DNA from: an uncultured Chloroflexia bacterium
Lineage (GTDB): Bacteria; Chloroflexota; Chloroflexia; Thermomicrobiales; UBA6265
Reading direction: 5' to 3'
NCBI GenBank assembly: GCA_963724295.1
Contig: CAVRUC010000007.1
Location: forward strand, 224,001-288,000
Length of the DNA stretch: 64,000 nucleotides
How positions within the stretch are numbered: position 1 is the stretch's first letter; the number at the start of each line of letters is the position of its first letter. Of this stretch, positions 29,707 through 42,143 are shown piece by piece. The notes beneath the pieces were generated by a model. It did not search any database, was not told where the DNA came from, and saw nothing but the letters and a program-made list of their open reading frames with translations. A program made the translations under genes and the position numbers.

Positions 29707-30514
29707 TTAGCACCTCATTCGTACTGCCGCTTCGATAGCCAGTAAGGTCGAGCACGGCATGTCGATACCCGGCGCCGCGGAGAGCGGCGGCAAGTTCGTC
29801 AGCGCACTCGACCGCTCTGGAAAATTGATCGCGAGGAATCTCGAGCCGCGCCATGTCGTCGTGGTGACGGACACGAAACCCACGAAACCCAAGACTTCGC
29901 ACAGCACTTTCGGCGGCCGCCACCCGCTGCAGTTTTTCGACTGTTATCGGATCGCCGTAGGCGAAGCGGGACGACAAGCAGGCGACCGCCGGCTTGTCCC
30001 AGGTGCGCAAGCCCAAAGCCTCGGAGAGTAAGCGAATTTCCGCTTTGGCTAAACCGACCTCCTGCAACGGGCTGCGTACACCGAGCTCCCGCGCGGCACG
30101 CATCCCGGGACGGAAATCATCGAGGTCGTCCAAGTTTGAACCGTCAACAACATACTGTAAGCCCCGCGACCCGGCCAGGTCCTTGAGACGTGAGTAGAGT
30201 TCCGACTTGCAGAAGAAGCAACGCTGGTGCGTATTGTCTGCATATCGCGGATCGGTGAGCTCGGCGGTATCGACAAGAACGTGTTCCGCGCCAATCTCGC
30301 TGGCGATGGCGCGAGCTTCATCCATCTCCTCGCGAGCGTAGGTCTGGGACAGGCCGGTTGCGGCCACTGCCCGGAAACCGAGCGCGCGATGCGCGATCTT
30401 CAGGAGATAACTACTGTCGACTCCGCCGGAGAACGAGACCAACACGGATCCCATTTCTTTCAGCAGGTCGGATAGCTGGTCCTCTTTGCGCTGTGCAGTC
30501 GATATATCGATCAA
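29660..30514 (-). CDS. larE: LarE-family PP-loop sulfur transferase
   Basis: SFSGGVDSS, RCFFCK, DGSNLDD..D.RPG, ACLSSRF, RVRHH. Confidence 0.88.
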   Translation of the reverse strand: MIDISTAQRKEDQLSDLLKEMGSVLVSFSGGVDSSYLLKIAHRALGFRAVAATGLSQTYAREEMDEARAIASEIGAEHVLVDTAELTDPRYADNTHQRCFFCKSELYSRLKDLAGSRGLQYVVDGSNLDDLDDFRPGMRAARELGVRSPLQEVGLAKAEIRLLSEALGLRTWDKPAVACLSSRFAYGDPITVEKLQRVAAAESAVRSLGFRGFRVRHHDDMARLEIPRDQFSRAVECADELAAALRGAGYRHAVLDLTGYRSGSTNEVLNARLKSRGLRGPGAL

Positions 30515-30662
30515 CGTGAGGTCGACTCCACGATTGTCGGGTCAGGTAAATCCACGCGTGCCGTCCCGTCGATCCTAGCAACCCGGATTCGTTCAACGCA
30601 AATCGCGGGGCCCCGGCGCCTCAGTGCGCCGGGGCTGCGGTTGCATCCAATCCCGCCTGGTT

Positions 30663-33012
<2,350 letters not shown>

Positions 33013-33087
33013 CCGTTCCTTTCGCTTTACAGATAAGATTGTGCTGATTCAACGGCGGTTGCCAGGCCAGGATGCGTACTGCCGCCA

Positions 33088-33139
33088 TGAGGAACTGGAG
33101 TCTGGCCACCGTTGGCGCTGACCAGACTCCAATACCTCA
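33088..33139 (-). promoter_or_regulatory. Long hairpin in the rpsO-pnp intergenic region (possible RNase III site)
   Basis: TGAGGTATTGGAGTCTGGTCA / TGGCCAGACTCCAGTTCCTCA ~20-bp stem. Confidence 0.5.
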
Positions 33140-33318
33140 CGCGGTCACGTGCTCCTCGCAGGCTTTAGGTTGGTTCTTGCGTTGCCTCCTTTCATTTGCT
33201 GTGCGACCGACCCAATCGCGCGCGACGAAATGGTCCAGAGCCAAGGGCCCTGGACCATGAGTGATGCTCAGTGCACTGGCAGAACGTGCGATGGATCTCG
33301 ATGCGACTCGCCGCCACG

Positions 33319-33588
33319 CTACTTGCGAAGTCCGAGCCGAGCAATCGTGGTGCGGTATCGCTCGACATCCTTGTTGGCAAGATACGCCAGCAACCGGCGC
33401 CGCTGCCCAACTAGCTTGAGAAGCCCTCTCCGGGAGTGAAAGTCGTGCTTATGCTCGCGCAGGTGGTCGGTAAGTCCGTTGATTCGCTCGGTTAGGAGAG
33501 CAATTTGAACCTCAGGAGAACCGGTATCATCGGCATGCGTGCGAAATTCGGTGATGATCGTCGTTTTTTGCTCGGTTTGCAGCGCCAT
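33319..33588 (-). CDS. rpsO: 30S ribosomal protein S15
   Basis: [13 protein letters not shown]...[25 protein letters not shown]. Confidence 0.98.
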   Translation of the reverse strand: MALQTEQKTTIITEFRTHADDTGSPEVQIALLTERINGLTDHLREHKHDFHSRRGLLKLVGQRRRLLAYLANKDVERYRTTIARLGLRK

Positions 33589-33756
33589 ACCTGAAGATCC
33601 CTCTCTGGAAAGATACGTTTGCAGACACAAAAAAACCGCACTCGTGAGAGCACTCAACCGGCAGAGTATAGCATTAGGAACGATGCCCGATCGTTGCGGG
33701 GGCACGGAACGGATCGCCGGACCCCTGCTCATTTCAATTGAAGGAACCACGTTGGC

Positions 33757-34614
33757 ATGTTAGCCGTCATCGGCGGAAGCGGGATCTACGATCTGGAAGA
33801 AACGTTAGCGGGTGAAATCGTCACCCGTGACACACCGTTTGGCTCGCCCAGTGGTCCCGTGTACAAGGCGAGGATTGGCGAGACCGACGTCCTCTTTTTG
33901 GCTCGGCACGGAGCCAGCCATGTCTACTCACCCACGACGGTTCCGTATCGCGCGAATGTGTTTGCACTCAAGCAACTTGGCGCCACACATCTCCTCAGCC
34001 TCAGCGCCGTGGGAAGCCTGCGCGAGGAACTCTCCCCGAGAACCCTCGTGATGCCGGACCAGATAATCGATCGAACGGTCTCGCGCGAGCGTACATTTTT
34101 CGACTCGGGCGTCGTGGTTCACGTCGGCATCGCCGACCCTTTTTGCTCTGAGTTCCGTAATGCTTTGGCCCAAGCCGCAGATCGGTCGCGCCGGGAAGCA
34201 TGGAGTGACGGCACATACATCTGTATCGAGGGCCCTCAGTTCTCGACCCGCGCGGAGTCGAATCTCTACCGCTCATGGGGCGCCTCGATCATCGGCATGA
34301 CCGCAATGCCGGAAGCCCGGCTTGCTCGCGAAGCAGGACTCTGCTACGCGATGATCGCCATGGTGACTGATTACGACGTCTGGCACGACAGCGAGGAAGA
34401 CGTCAGCGTCGAAGTGGTGGCTTCCAATCTCCAAGCCAACAGCGAGGCGGCCCGCGCGATCGTCAAGCAGCTCGCCGGCGGCGGGCTTCCAGCGCGGACG
34501 TGTTCGTGCAAGTCGGCATTGAGCGATGCGATCATGACGGCCCGCGTCGACATCCCCGTCAACGCATTGAACTGGATGCGCGTACTTACTGGCGAACTGC
34601 CCGGCACCGATTGA
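33757..34614 (+). CDS. mtnP: S-methyl-5'-thioadenosine phosphorylase
   Basis: [38 protein letters not shown]. Confidence 0.93.
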   Translation: MLAVIGGSGIYDLEETLAGEIVTRDTPFGSPSGPVYKARIGETDVLFLARHGASHVYSPTTVPYRANVFALKQLGATHLLSLSAVGSLREELSPRTLVMPDQIIDRTVSRERTFFDSGVVVHVGIADPFCSEFRNALAQAADRSRREAWSDGTYICIEGPQFSTRAESNLYRSWGASIIGMTAMPEARLAREAGLCYAMIAMVTDYDVWHDSEEDVSVEVVASNLQANSEAARAIVKQLAGGGLPARTCSCKSALSDAIMTARVDIPVNALNWMRVLTGELPGTD

Positions 34615-36021
34615 GCACGCGCTTGGATAAGGCCCGCAGGACGCTCCTGATTCTTCTGCCCGCACTCACGTTGGTCGTGGGCATCGGCGTTGCTGAGCTC
34701 GGGGCTGGGCAGGACCGTTCGATAGGGCCCAATGAAGCCGTAGCGATTGGGGCGGCCGCAATCGGTCCTCTGATCGCGGTGCTTGCGCTCGTCGCAGTCA
34801 AGCACGACGTCGACTTGCTCCTCGTGGCGACTGCCGGGATGCTCACGAGCATTGGCACGACGGCGCTCTTCTCGCTCTCGTTGAACTCTGGAGCGAACGG
34901 TGCGTTCTTCCAGGCCATCGTGGTGCGGCATGCATTCTTTGTTGGCGCAGGGTTCCTGGCGTTTGTTGCGGGCGCGCTGCTTTCTCCGTATCTGGATCGA
35001 ATCAGGAGCTTTCCCTTCACGCTTTTGGTCATCGCGCTCCTGCTCACCCTGGCGACCATCATGGTGGGCGAAGCAGTGAACGGAGCGCGGTTGTGGCTCA
35101 AAGTCGGACCGGTCCAGTTTCAACCGTCAGAGCTCGCCCGTTTGCTCCTGGCGGCATTCGTCGCGATCTACCTCTATGAGCGCCGCTATCTCGTCGCCGC
35201 ACCTTGGCGGGTCGGCTCACTTGATTTGCCACCCGCGCCGTATCTTCTCCCGCTGGTCGGTGCCGTACTCGCCGCAGTCGCTGTACTCGTCTTGCAGAAC
35301 GACCTGGGAATGGCCGCCCTCGTTGTGCTTGGCGCATACGCGTCGGTCGCCAGCCTGTTGAGCTCAAAGTCATCGCTTCGGCTCGGCCGCTGCCATCCTC
35401 GTTGCTGCGGCCGTTGCATCATTTGCGGCGTCGCCCAGAGTGCGTGAACGCGTTGCCGCGTGGTTGGAGCCCTGGATCGATCCAGCTGGACGTGGTTTCC
35501 AGTTTGTCCAGGCCGAGTTCGGTTTGGCGGCGGGGGGTGTCTTCGGGAAGGGCGTGGCAAGCACGGCGAGTAGGGTGCCCGAGGTCCATACGGACTTTAT
35601 TCTGGTCGCGGTCGCAATTCAATGGGGCTGGGCCGGAGCGGTCGCGGTGCTGGCGCTGGCCGGCATAATCGTCTGCCGATGTGTTGCCGCAGCGTTGCGC
35701 GCCTCCGACGGTTTTCGCTCCCTAATGGCGCTGAGCATTTCCGCTTTGCTCGGTATTCAGGTGCTCCTGATCTGCGGTGGAACCTTGCGACTCTTGCCAT
35801 TGACCGGGCTCACACTGCCACTGGTTTCGTCTGGAGGCACCTCGATGGTGGCAACTCTCTTCGCGCTCGGGATCGTGTCGGGGATTGGAGTGTCGGCACC
35901 GAGGCGCACCGCAAGATCTCACGGAATGGCTCAGGATCGAGGTGCCTCGCCAATGCCACCTGAATGCACGGGCCACGCGGAGGCGTTGCCACCCATCCCC
36001 AACAATATCTACACTGATTGA
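34611..36021 (+). CDS. FtsW/RodA/SpoVE (SEDS) family protein, split by a +1 frameshift at ~35377
   Basis: NGARLW...FQPSELAR, QNDLG, PEVHTDF, PLTGLTLPLVSSGGTS; removing one base in TCG CTT C GGC restores a TM helix. Confidence 0.88.
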
Positions 36022-36791
36022 GACCGGCAGCGAGAATCGCGGTATCTCCGGGTCGATGCCCGAGCGCCCAGCCAATGGAGCTATTGCCCACGGTGGAGCG
36101 TCCAGGCCGCCGTCAAGGCCCGTCGCGAAACAGCATGCCGCGGGTAGACGTGCGGGTCGTATTGTTTACCGTTAGAGATCGGCGTCTGTTGATCGCACTC
36201 CAGGAGCGAGGCGGTTGCCAATCGCTGCCGCGTCGCGACCCGACGTTCAATGTGAGCTTCGATGTGGCAGCGATCCACATTCTAGACGACGAAATCGGCA
36301 CGAGAGAGCGTTATCAGGAGCAGCTCTACTCGATCTCGCACGGCTCGGAAGGCGATTGGACCGTAACCGTGACATGCCTCGCACTCGCTCTCAATGGGGC
36401 CGCTGAATCCGCGAGCAACTCAACCGCTTGGTTCAGCCCCAGCGTGCCAGTCGGGCTACAGCATGTGGACCGGATGATCGTCGACTATGCTCTTGTCCGC
36501 CTGCGAGCCAAACTCGGATACACCGCCATCGCGTTTCATCTGCTTCCGTGGAGTTTCACGCTGAGCGAAGTACAAACGGTCTACGAAGCCGTGCTTGGCC
36601 GCGAAGTCGACAAGCGGAACTTTCGCCGCAGGATCCATGCGACGGGGCTCCTTGAAGGAACCGGCGAGTCACGGCGCGAGGGCAGCCACCGGCCGGCTCG
36701 CCTCTACCGGTTGCGGAGCATTGACCACGCTGAGACGTATTTGACGCCAACCTGGGCGGCCCAGCCAGAACTGAAGGCGGCAAACCGGTGA
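36018..36791 (+). CDS. NrtR-like regulator (degenerate Nudix + winged HTH); start may be 36075 or 36135
   Basis: VDVRVVLFT, EQLYS, FTLSEVQTVYEAVLG..VDKRNFRRRI, HRPARLYR. Confidence 0.85.
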   Translation: MRPAARIAVSPGRCPSAQPMELLPTVERPGRRQGPSRNSMPRVDVRVVLFTVRDRRLLIALQERGGCQSLPRRDPTFNVSFDVAAIHILDDEIGTRERYQEQLYSISHGSEGDWTVTVTCLALALNGAAESASNSTAWFSPSVPVGLQHVDRMIVDYALVRLRAKLGYTAIAFHLLPWSFTLSEVQTVYEAVLGREVDKRNFRRRIHATGLLEGTGESRREGSHRPARLYRLRSIDHAETYLTPTWAAQPELKAANR

Positions 36792-37777
36792 GCACCTCCA
36801 CGGTGACGCACCTGGCTCCAGCAGCAGACTCCGACGTCACCAAGCCGCAACGAGTGGGACTTATCGCCGCGCGAAGCAAGGCCGAAGCGCAAGGGCTTTC
36901 GGCAAGCGTCGCCCGCGCGCTTGACGCCGCCGGCGCCGAGGTCATCAGCGAGGAGAATCTGGCATCCGGGGGACACGAGTCGGTTGACGCAATCGTTGTG
37001 CTCGGCGGCGACGGCCTGATGATTCGCGCCGCGAATACCTATCCGGAAATTCCACTGCTCGGGATCAACTTCGGAAACGTCGGATTCCTCGCGCTCATCG
37101 AGCGACGGGACTGGCCGCGCGCCATCGACGCCTTGCTCGCCGGCGAGTACGCGGTGCAACAGGGTTCAACGCTGCAAGCAACACTGATCCGGGAAGGATC
37201 GAGCGTTCCCCAGGGTTGGGCGATCAATGACGTCGTCGTTCGTTCCGGCATGCGTATGGTCGATATCGAGATCTATATCGACGGCCACTACGTCAATACG
37301 TATCCGGGCGACGGCATGATCGTCGCGACGCCGCACGGCAGCACGGCGTACTGCATGGCCGCGGGCGGACCGATCCTGACTGCCGGAGTCAAGGGCTTTG
37401 CCATCGTTCCCATCTCGTGCCACAGCCCGATTCGAACGCCGTTCGTGGTGTCTGAAGATGCGACCATCGAAATGGTCGTGGCCAACGATCATGACGCGGC
37501 GCTCATCCTCGACGGGCGGGAGCAGACGCATTTGGAGCGGTGGGACATCATTCGGGTCTCGCGCGGTGAGCACGCGTTCAAGCTCGTTACGCTCGAGTCG
37601 ACGAACTTTTACGAAGCGTTCCGGACGAAGTTCAATTTCCGGATCCGGCCCGATGCCATCCCCAGTCGGGACACTGCCGATAACACGAATGGCAGTCCTG
37701 CCGGCGCGTTGAGCCAGCATGCCGGTGAAACGTCCGGGGCTCGGGAACCCGGGCCGGGTCGAGTTGGGCGTGACTGA
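36788..37777 (+). CDS. nadK: NAD(+) kinase
   Basis: LGGDG, GINFGNVGFL, AINDV, GDGMIVATPHGSTAY, AGGP. Confidence 0.93.
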   Translation: MSTSTVTHLAPAADSDVTKPQRVGLIAARSKAEAQGLSASVARALDAAGAEVISEENLASGGHESVDAIVVLGGDGLMIRAANTYPEIPLLGINFGNVGFLALIERRDWPRAIDALLAGEYAVQQGSTLQATLIREGSSVPQGWAINDVVVRSGMRMVDIEIYIDGHYVNTYPGDGMIVATPHGSTAYCMAAGGPILTAGVKGFAIVPISCHSPIRTPFVVSEDATIEMVVANDHDAALILDGREQTHLERWDIIRVSRGEHAFKLVTLESTNFYEAFRTKFNFRIRPDAIPSRDTADNTNGSPAGALSQHAGETSGAREPGPGRVGRD

Positions 37778-38009
37778 CGACAGGTGGATTTCGGACCGGA
37801 AAACTGACGCCATTGGCAGTGAAACAGGCGCCGCTGCGGCGGCGTTGGAGCCGTGGGTTGTCGAATTACTTGCCTGCCCGGTGGACCGAGGTGCAGTCCG
37901 GCTCGACCAAACTGAGCTCGTTTGCGTTCAGTGCGGTCGCCGCTATCCAGTGATATCCGGCATCCCGCGGATGGTCCCAGACCGGGAGCCAGGAGAACAA
38001 GAGTTCTAA
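37770..38009 (+). CDS. Trm112 family zinc-ribbon protein
   Basis: LLACPVDRG...LVCVQCGRRYPVISGIPRM. Confidence 0.85.
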   Translation: MTDDRWISDRKTDAIGSETGAAAAALEPWVVELLACPVDRGAVRLDQTELVCVQCGRRYPVISGIPRMVPDREPGEQEF

Positions 38010-38024
38010 TTGCTCTGCTATACT
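37994..38024 (+). promoter_or_regulatory. LexA box and extended -10 of ruvB
   Basis: AGAACAAGAGTTCT (37994-38007) then TGCTATACT (38016-38024), 6 nt before ATG 38031. Confidence 0.8.
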
Positions 38025-38030
38025 GAGCGC

Positions 38031-39122
38031 ATGGTTCGAGAGGCAAATCCCGCCATACGCAGTAGTTCCGAGCTTCGTCCGGCACCGGATCGAGCCGTAA
38101 CGCCACGCCAGCTCGTCGAAGACGTGCCGGTGGAGCGCAGCCTGCGGCCGCGACGGTTGACCGAGTACATCGGCCAGGAACGCGTCAAAGAAACGCTGCA
38201 GATCTTCATCGATGCCGCGAAACAACGCGGCGAATCTCTTGACCACGTGTTGCTCTATGGTCCACCGGGTCTCGGCAAGACCACCCTGGCGGCAATCATC
38301 GCCGTCGAGATGGGTGTCAGCCTGCGCATCACCTCGGGTCCCGCCATCGAACGGCAAGGCGATCTGGTATCGATCCTGACGAATCTCAAGGCCGGCGACG
38401 TTCTTTTTATCGACGAGATACACCGTCTCAACCGTGCGGTTGAGGAAGTGCTGTATTCCGCGATGGAAGACTTCGCCGTCGATATCGTTCTCGGCAAAGG
38501 GCCTGCAGCCCGGACGATGCGGATCAATCTGCCCAGGTTCAGCCTGGTTGGCGCTACGACCCGTCTCGCGTTGCTTACCGGGCCGTTACGCGACCGATTC
38601 GGGTCCGTACTGCGACTTGACTTTTACAGTGACGCCGCCATGGAAGAAATCGTGCTGCGGTCCGCTGCTGTACTCGACGTGCCGATTTCGGCGGACGGCG
38701 CCAGAGCATTGGCACTCCGCGCCCGGGGCACGCCTCGAGTCGCAAACCGGCTGCTGAAACGGGCGCGGGACTTCGCGGAGGTGCGCGGCCAAGGGTCGAT
38801 CACGGATCAAATCGCCGCCGATGCGCTTGACATGCTCGATATCGATCATCTCGGACTCGACGACATCGACCGCCGCATTCTGCGCTCGATTGTAGAGAAA
38901 TTCGGCGGTGGTCCGGTCGGCATCGAGACGTTGGCGGCGGCAATCAGTGAGGAAACCGACACCGTCATGGACGTCTACGAGCCGTATCTCATCCAGCTCG
39001 GTTTCCTGCAGCGGACTCCGCGCGGCCGAATTGCTACCGAGGGCGCCTATGCCCACCTGGGCATCAAGGCACCGGCTATCTTCAACCAGCAGCCGGCTCT
39101 CTTCGGCGGGGCGAAAGGTTGA
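38031..39122 (+). CDS. ruvB: Holliday junction branch-migration helicase RuvB
   Basis: [44 protein letters not shown]. Confidence 0.97.
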   Translation: MVREANPAIRSSSELRPAPDRAVTPRQLVEDVPVERSLRPRRLTEYIGQERVKETLQIFIDAAKQRGESLDHVLLYGPPGLGKTTLAAIIAVEMGVSLRITSGPAIERQGDLVSILTNLKAGDVLFIDEIHRLNRAVEEVLYSAMEDFAVDIVLGKGPAARTMRINLPRFSLVGATTRLALLTGPLRDRFGSVLRLDFYSDAAMEEIVLRSAAVLDVPISADGARALALRARGTPRVANRLLKRARDFAEVRGQGSITDQIAADALDMLDIDHLGLDDIDRRILRSIVEKFGGGPVGIETLAAAISEETDTVMDVYEPYLIQLGFLQRTPRGRIATEGAYAHLGIKAPAIFNQQPALFGGAKG

Positions 39123-40198
39123 GCCAAGTCGCGGTTCTCCCAAGTATGGGTTCGGGTCTTCAAACCGCGGATTTCGACTATTTTTTGCCAACCGAGCTCA
39201 TCGCCCAAGAGCCTTTGCCGCGCCGCGACGATTCGCGGCTGCTTGTGCTCGACCGGAATTCGGGAGCGATCCACCACTCGAAATTCAGGAGCCTTGCTGA
39301 CTTTCTGGCGCCCGGCGATCTTTTCGTGGCCAACAATAGTCGAGTTATTCCGGCGCGACTCCGTGGGGTGCGCCTCCGGACCGGGGGCGCGGTCGAGGTC
39401 CTGCTCTTGAGGCGAAGTAGCGAGGGCACATGGAGTGCGCTCGCCAAGCCGGCGAAGCGTCTCAAGCGTGGTGACCGGGTGGGATTTGCTCCGCGCACGC
39501 CTGGCACACCTGGGGCGACAGCCATCGTCGAAGAAAACCTCGGCGATGGAGAGCTACTGCTTCGCTTCGGCGAGCAAGCGGACGAGCGGCTCGAGGCCTA
39601 CGGAGAGCTTCCAATCCCGCCCTATATCAGGAGCGTGCCAGAGGACCCGACCCGGTACCAAACCGTTTATGCGGCTTTGCCCGGGTCTGCCGCCGCCCCC
39701 ACGGCCGGTTTGCACTTCACGCCCGATTTGATCGAGGATCTCCGGCGAAAGGGTTTCGGTTGGGCCGAGGTTACGCTTCACGTCGGACTAGATACATTTC
39801 GCCCGATCACCGCCGATCGTGTCGCCGACCATCGCATTCACCAGGAATGGTGCGACGTCTCGGCCACCACGGCGGAGGCAATCGCGGCATGCCGGAGCCG
39901 CGGAGGCCGTGTCGTCGCGGTCGGCACAACTGTCGCCAGAACGCTTGAAACGCTCGGGGAAAGCTGGCGAGACGATGCACCAGCCGGATTCTCGGGGTTT
40001 ACCACGACGTTCATCGTGCCGGGGCATCACTGGAAGCTTGTCGATGCCCTGCTGACGAACTTTCATCTGCCGCGCTCGACGTTGCTCATGCTCGTCAGCG
40101 CGCTTGCCGGAAAGGAGGCAATCTTGGAGGCGTATGCCGAAGCAATTCGGAATCGGTACCGCTTCTATTCGTTCGGTGACGCGATGTTGATTCGATGA
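39119..40198 (+). CDS. queA: S-adenosylmethionine:tRNA ribosyltransferase-isomerase
   Basis: [43 protein letters not shown]. Confidence 0.97.
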   Translation: MSQVAVLPSMGSGLQTADFDYFLPTELIAQEPLPRRDDSRLLVLDRNSGAIHHSKFRSLADFLAPGDLFVANNSRVIPARLRGVRLRTGGAVEVLLLRRSSEGTWSALAKPAKRLKRGDRVGFAPRTPGTPGATAIVEENLGDGELLLRFGEQADERLEAYGELPIPPYIRSVPEDPTRYQTVYAALPGSAAAPTAGLHFTPDLIEDLRRKGFGWAEVTLHVGLDTFRPITADRVADHRIHQEWCDVSATTAEAIAACRSRGGRVVAVGTTVARTLETLGESWRDDAPAGFSGFTTTFIVPGHHWKLVDALLTNFHLPRSTLLMLVSALAGKEAILEAYAEAIRNRYRFYSFGDAMLIR

Positions 40199-40965
40199 CG
40201 AGAGTCGAGCTCAAGATGATTCGACAACGACAAGTGGTCGACGGCGAAGGCAGACTTCGCGCGAGGGGAGTTCAGTTGGTCGCTGTCGTGCTGCCCCTGG
40301 CGCTCCTTTCCGCAGGCTGTGGCGCCTCGCCGCCTATGCAAATTGTTTCTGTCGGCACCCCGAACGCTGTCACGGCTAGCCGCGACCAAGAGGGGGCCTG
40401 TTGGACCGATGAGCAGCGAATAGAAGGAGACGATTCGATGTCACAGCAGTACAGCGCGCAACCGGCCATGCGGATCGATCCGGCGAAGACCTATTCAGGG
40501 AGCCTTGAGACGAACAAGGGTTCGATTCAGGTCGAGCTCTTTCCCGAAGACGCTCCCGTAACGGTCAACAACTTCGTCTGTCTCGCAGAGGACGGCTACT
40601 TCAACAATACGCCGTTCCATCGCATCGTCAAAGGATTTGTCATTCAAGGCGGCGATCCGACTGGTACCGGGTCCGGCGGACCAGGATACAAGTTCGCGGA
40701 CGAGCCGGTAACCAGGGATTACGAGCGCGGAACGCTGGCGATGGCAAATGCGGGTCCGAACACGAACGGAAGCCAGTTTTTCATCGTGCTTGACGATCTT
40801 CGCGGTAAGCTGCCAAAGAATTACACGATCTTCGGACGAGTCACCGGGGGCATGGACGTCGTCGACGCAATCGCAAACACGCCGACGCGCACCGGGCGAA
40901 GTGGTGAGAACTCGAATCCCACTGAGCCCGTCACCCTCGAGAACGTGAGCATCTCGGAGTCCTGA
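40195..40965 (+). CDS. Cyclophilin-type peptidyl-prolyl isomerase, possibly a lipoprotein (LSAGC)
   Basis: FHRIVKGFVIQGGDPTGTGSGGPGY, LAMANAGPNTNGSQFFI. Confidence 0.93.
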   Translation: MTRVELKMIRQRQVVDGEGRLRARGVQLVAVVLPLALLSAGCGASPPMQIVSVGTPNAVTASRDQEGACWTDEQRIEGDDSMSQQYSAQPAMRIDPAKTYSGSLETNKGSIQVELFPEDAPVTVNNFVCLAEDGYFNNTPFHRIVKGFVIQGGDPTGTGSGGPGYKFADEPVTRDYERGTLAMANAGPNTNGSQFFIVLDDLRGKLPKNYTIFGRVTGGMDVVDAIANTPTRTGRSGENSNPTEPVTLENVSISES

Positions 40966-41002
40966 GAGCCGAGATTCTATTGTCCGCGCGATCGGCGGAC
41001 AC

Positions 41003-41044
41003 AGAACAGCAGGGCTGGCCATGCGTCGCCAGCCCTGCTGTTCT
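41003..41044. terminator. 17-bp hairpin between convergent genes (bidirectional terminator candidate)
   Basis: AGAACAGCAGGGCTGGC-8nt-GCCAGCCCTGCTGTTCT. Confidence 0.7.
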
Positions 41045-41048
41045 AACG

Positions 41049-41270
41049 TCAGGCCGCCTGCTCGAGCTCGCGGCAAACGTCCTCATATTCGCTGAGCAGC
41101 CGCAGCCAGAATGATTCCCACTCTGACACATCCGCGCCACTCAGGACCGCCTGACCGATGCGCTGGTAGCCATCATCGAGACGATCTTCAAGCGTCCTGC
41201 GACGGGCGTCAAGGTCTATGCTCGGCAACGACGAAGACAGGAACTCGACCGGATGACATGCGTCCGACAC
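41049..41270 (-). CDS. Small helical hypothetical protein (73 aa)
   Basis: AAGGAGG SD before GTG; directly downstream of 41291..41920; amphipathic LEDRLDDGYQRI...WESFWLRLLSEYE. Confidence 0.65.
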   Translation of the reverse strand: MSDACHPVEFLSSSLPSIDLDARRRTLEDRLDDGYQRIGQAVLSGADVSEWESFWLRLLSEYEDVCRELEQAA

Positions 41271-41290
41271 TGCTGATCCTCCTTCGTTCG

Positions 41291-41920
41291 CTATGACGCG
41301 AGTTGAGAACCACCGGACTGGGACTGAATGATGTCGATCAGGGACGACGCATCGCGCCGGCTCAACGCCGCGGCCAGGACGCCAAACTCCTGCTTGGCGC
41401 GCTCGTCCAGGGCCGCCCCATCGAGACCTGCCTCTCTCGCAACGGCTTGAAGGTAACGAAGTTGTCGCTGTGTAGCCGGCTGATCAGGTCCAATTGCCGC
41501 CACGGAAGCGGTTTCTTGCCGGTCAGGACTTGCGTTCGCACCCGAACGCGCGGGCGTTTTCACTGGAGAGTCGACCACCCGGCCAACGGCGGCGCCGAAC
41601 TCAAAGTCCGGGCAGAATTGCGTCCCGAAACCGAGCGCGGCGAGGGCACGCCCGATCGCTTTGGTCTCCGCTTTCTCCAGGTAGTCCCTGAAGTCGCCGG
41701 CTGATTCGCTGCCCCAGCCGGTTGCAGATCCACCACCCGGAATCGACACCATGGCGCGAAAGACCGCAGTGTTGTCATTGTGAGACATCAACTCTGTCTC
41801 AATCGTCGCATCGGGGTGCTGGTCGCGCATCCAGACCAAGCGCCACTTCACTTCAAGGTAGTCCGACCCACTGATGCGGGTCAGATGTCGGGCCGGCTCG
41901 AACGGGGTCGTCACAGACAT
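41291..41920 (-). CDS. Putative Rad52/Sak-like single-strand annealing protein
   Basis: YLEVKWRL...AVFRAMV...ATGWGSE...LEKAETKAIGRALAALG core plus C-terminal ATQRQLRYL...LSRRDASSLID; GGAGG SD. Confidence 0.65.
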   Translation of the reverse strand: MSVTTPFEPARHLTRISGSDYLEVKWRLVWMRDQHPDATIETELMSHNDNTAVFRAMVSIPGGGSATGWGSESAGDFRDYLEKAETKAIGRALAALGFGTQFCPDFEFGAAVGRVVDSPVKTPARSGANASPDRQETASVAAIGPDQPATQRQLRYLQAVAREAGLDGAALDERAKQEFGVLAAALSRRDASSLIDIIQSQSGGSQLAS

Positions 41921-41936
41921 TGGGTTCCTCCGTCTA

Positions 41937-41988
41937 TAGAACTTTTGTTCTAATAATGAATTGTAGAGTGTGCGCTCACCTCTGTCAA
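41937..41988 (-). promoter_or_regulatory. Near-consensus promoter TTGACA-N17-TACAAT with a LexA box at the transcription start
   Basis: -35 at 41988-41983, -10 at 41965-41960; TAGAACTTTTGTTCTA at 41937-41952. Confidence 0.88.
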
Positions 41989-42143
41989 GACGTCAAGGAG
42001 ACAGATATGACTGGCCGTGCCGATGATCGCCCAGTTGCGAGGACCCTGAAGAGCATTACTCCCTGGCCAGCGGACGCCGCGACCTTGGATGCTATACTCG
42101 CTCAAGGTGTGTACGGACAGTCGTAGTAAGCGGGTGGGTCGAG

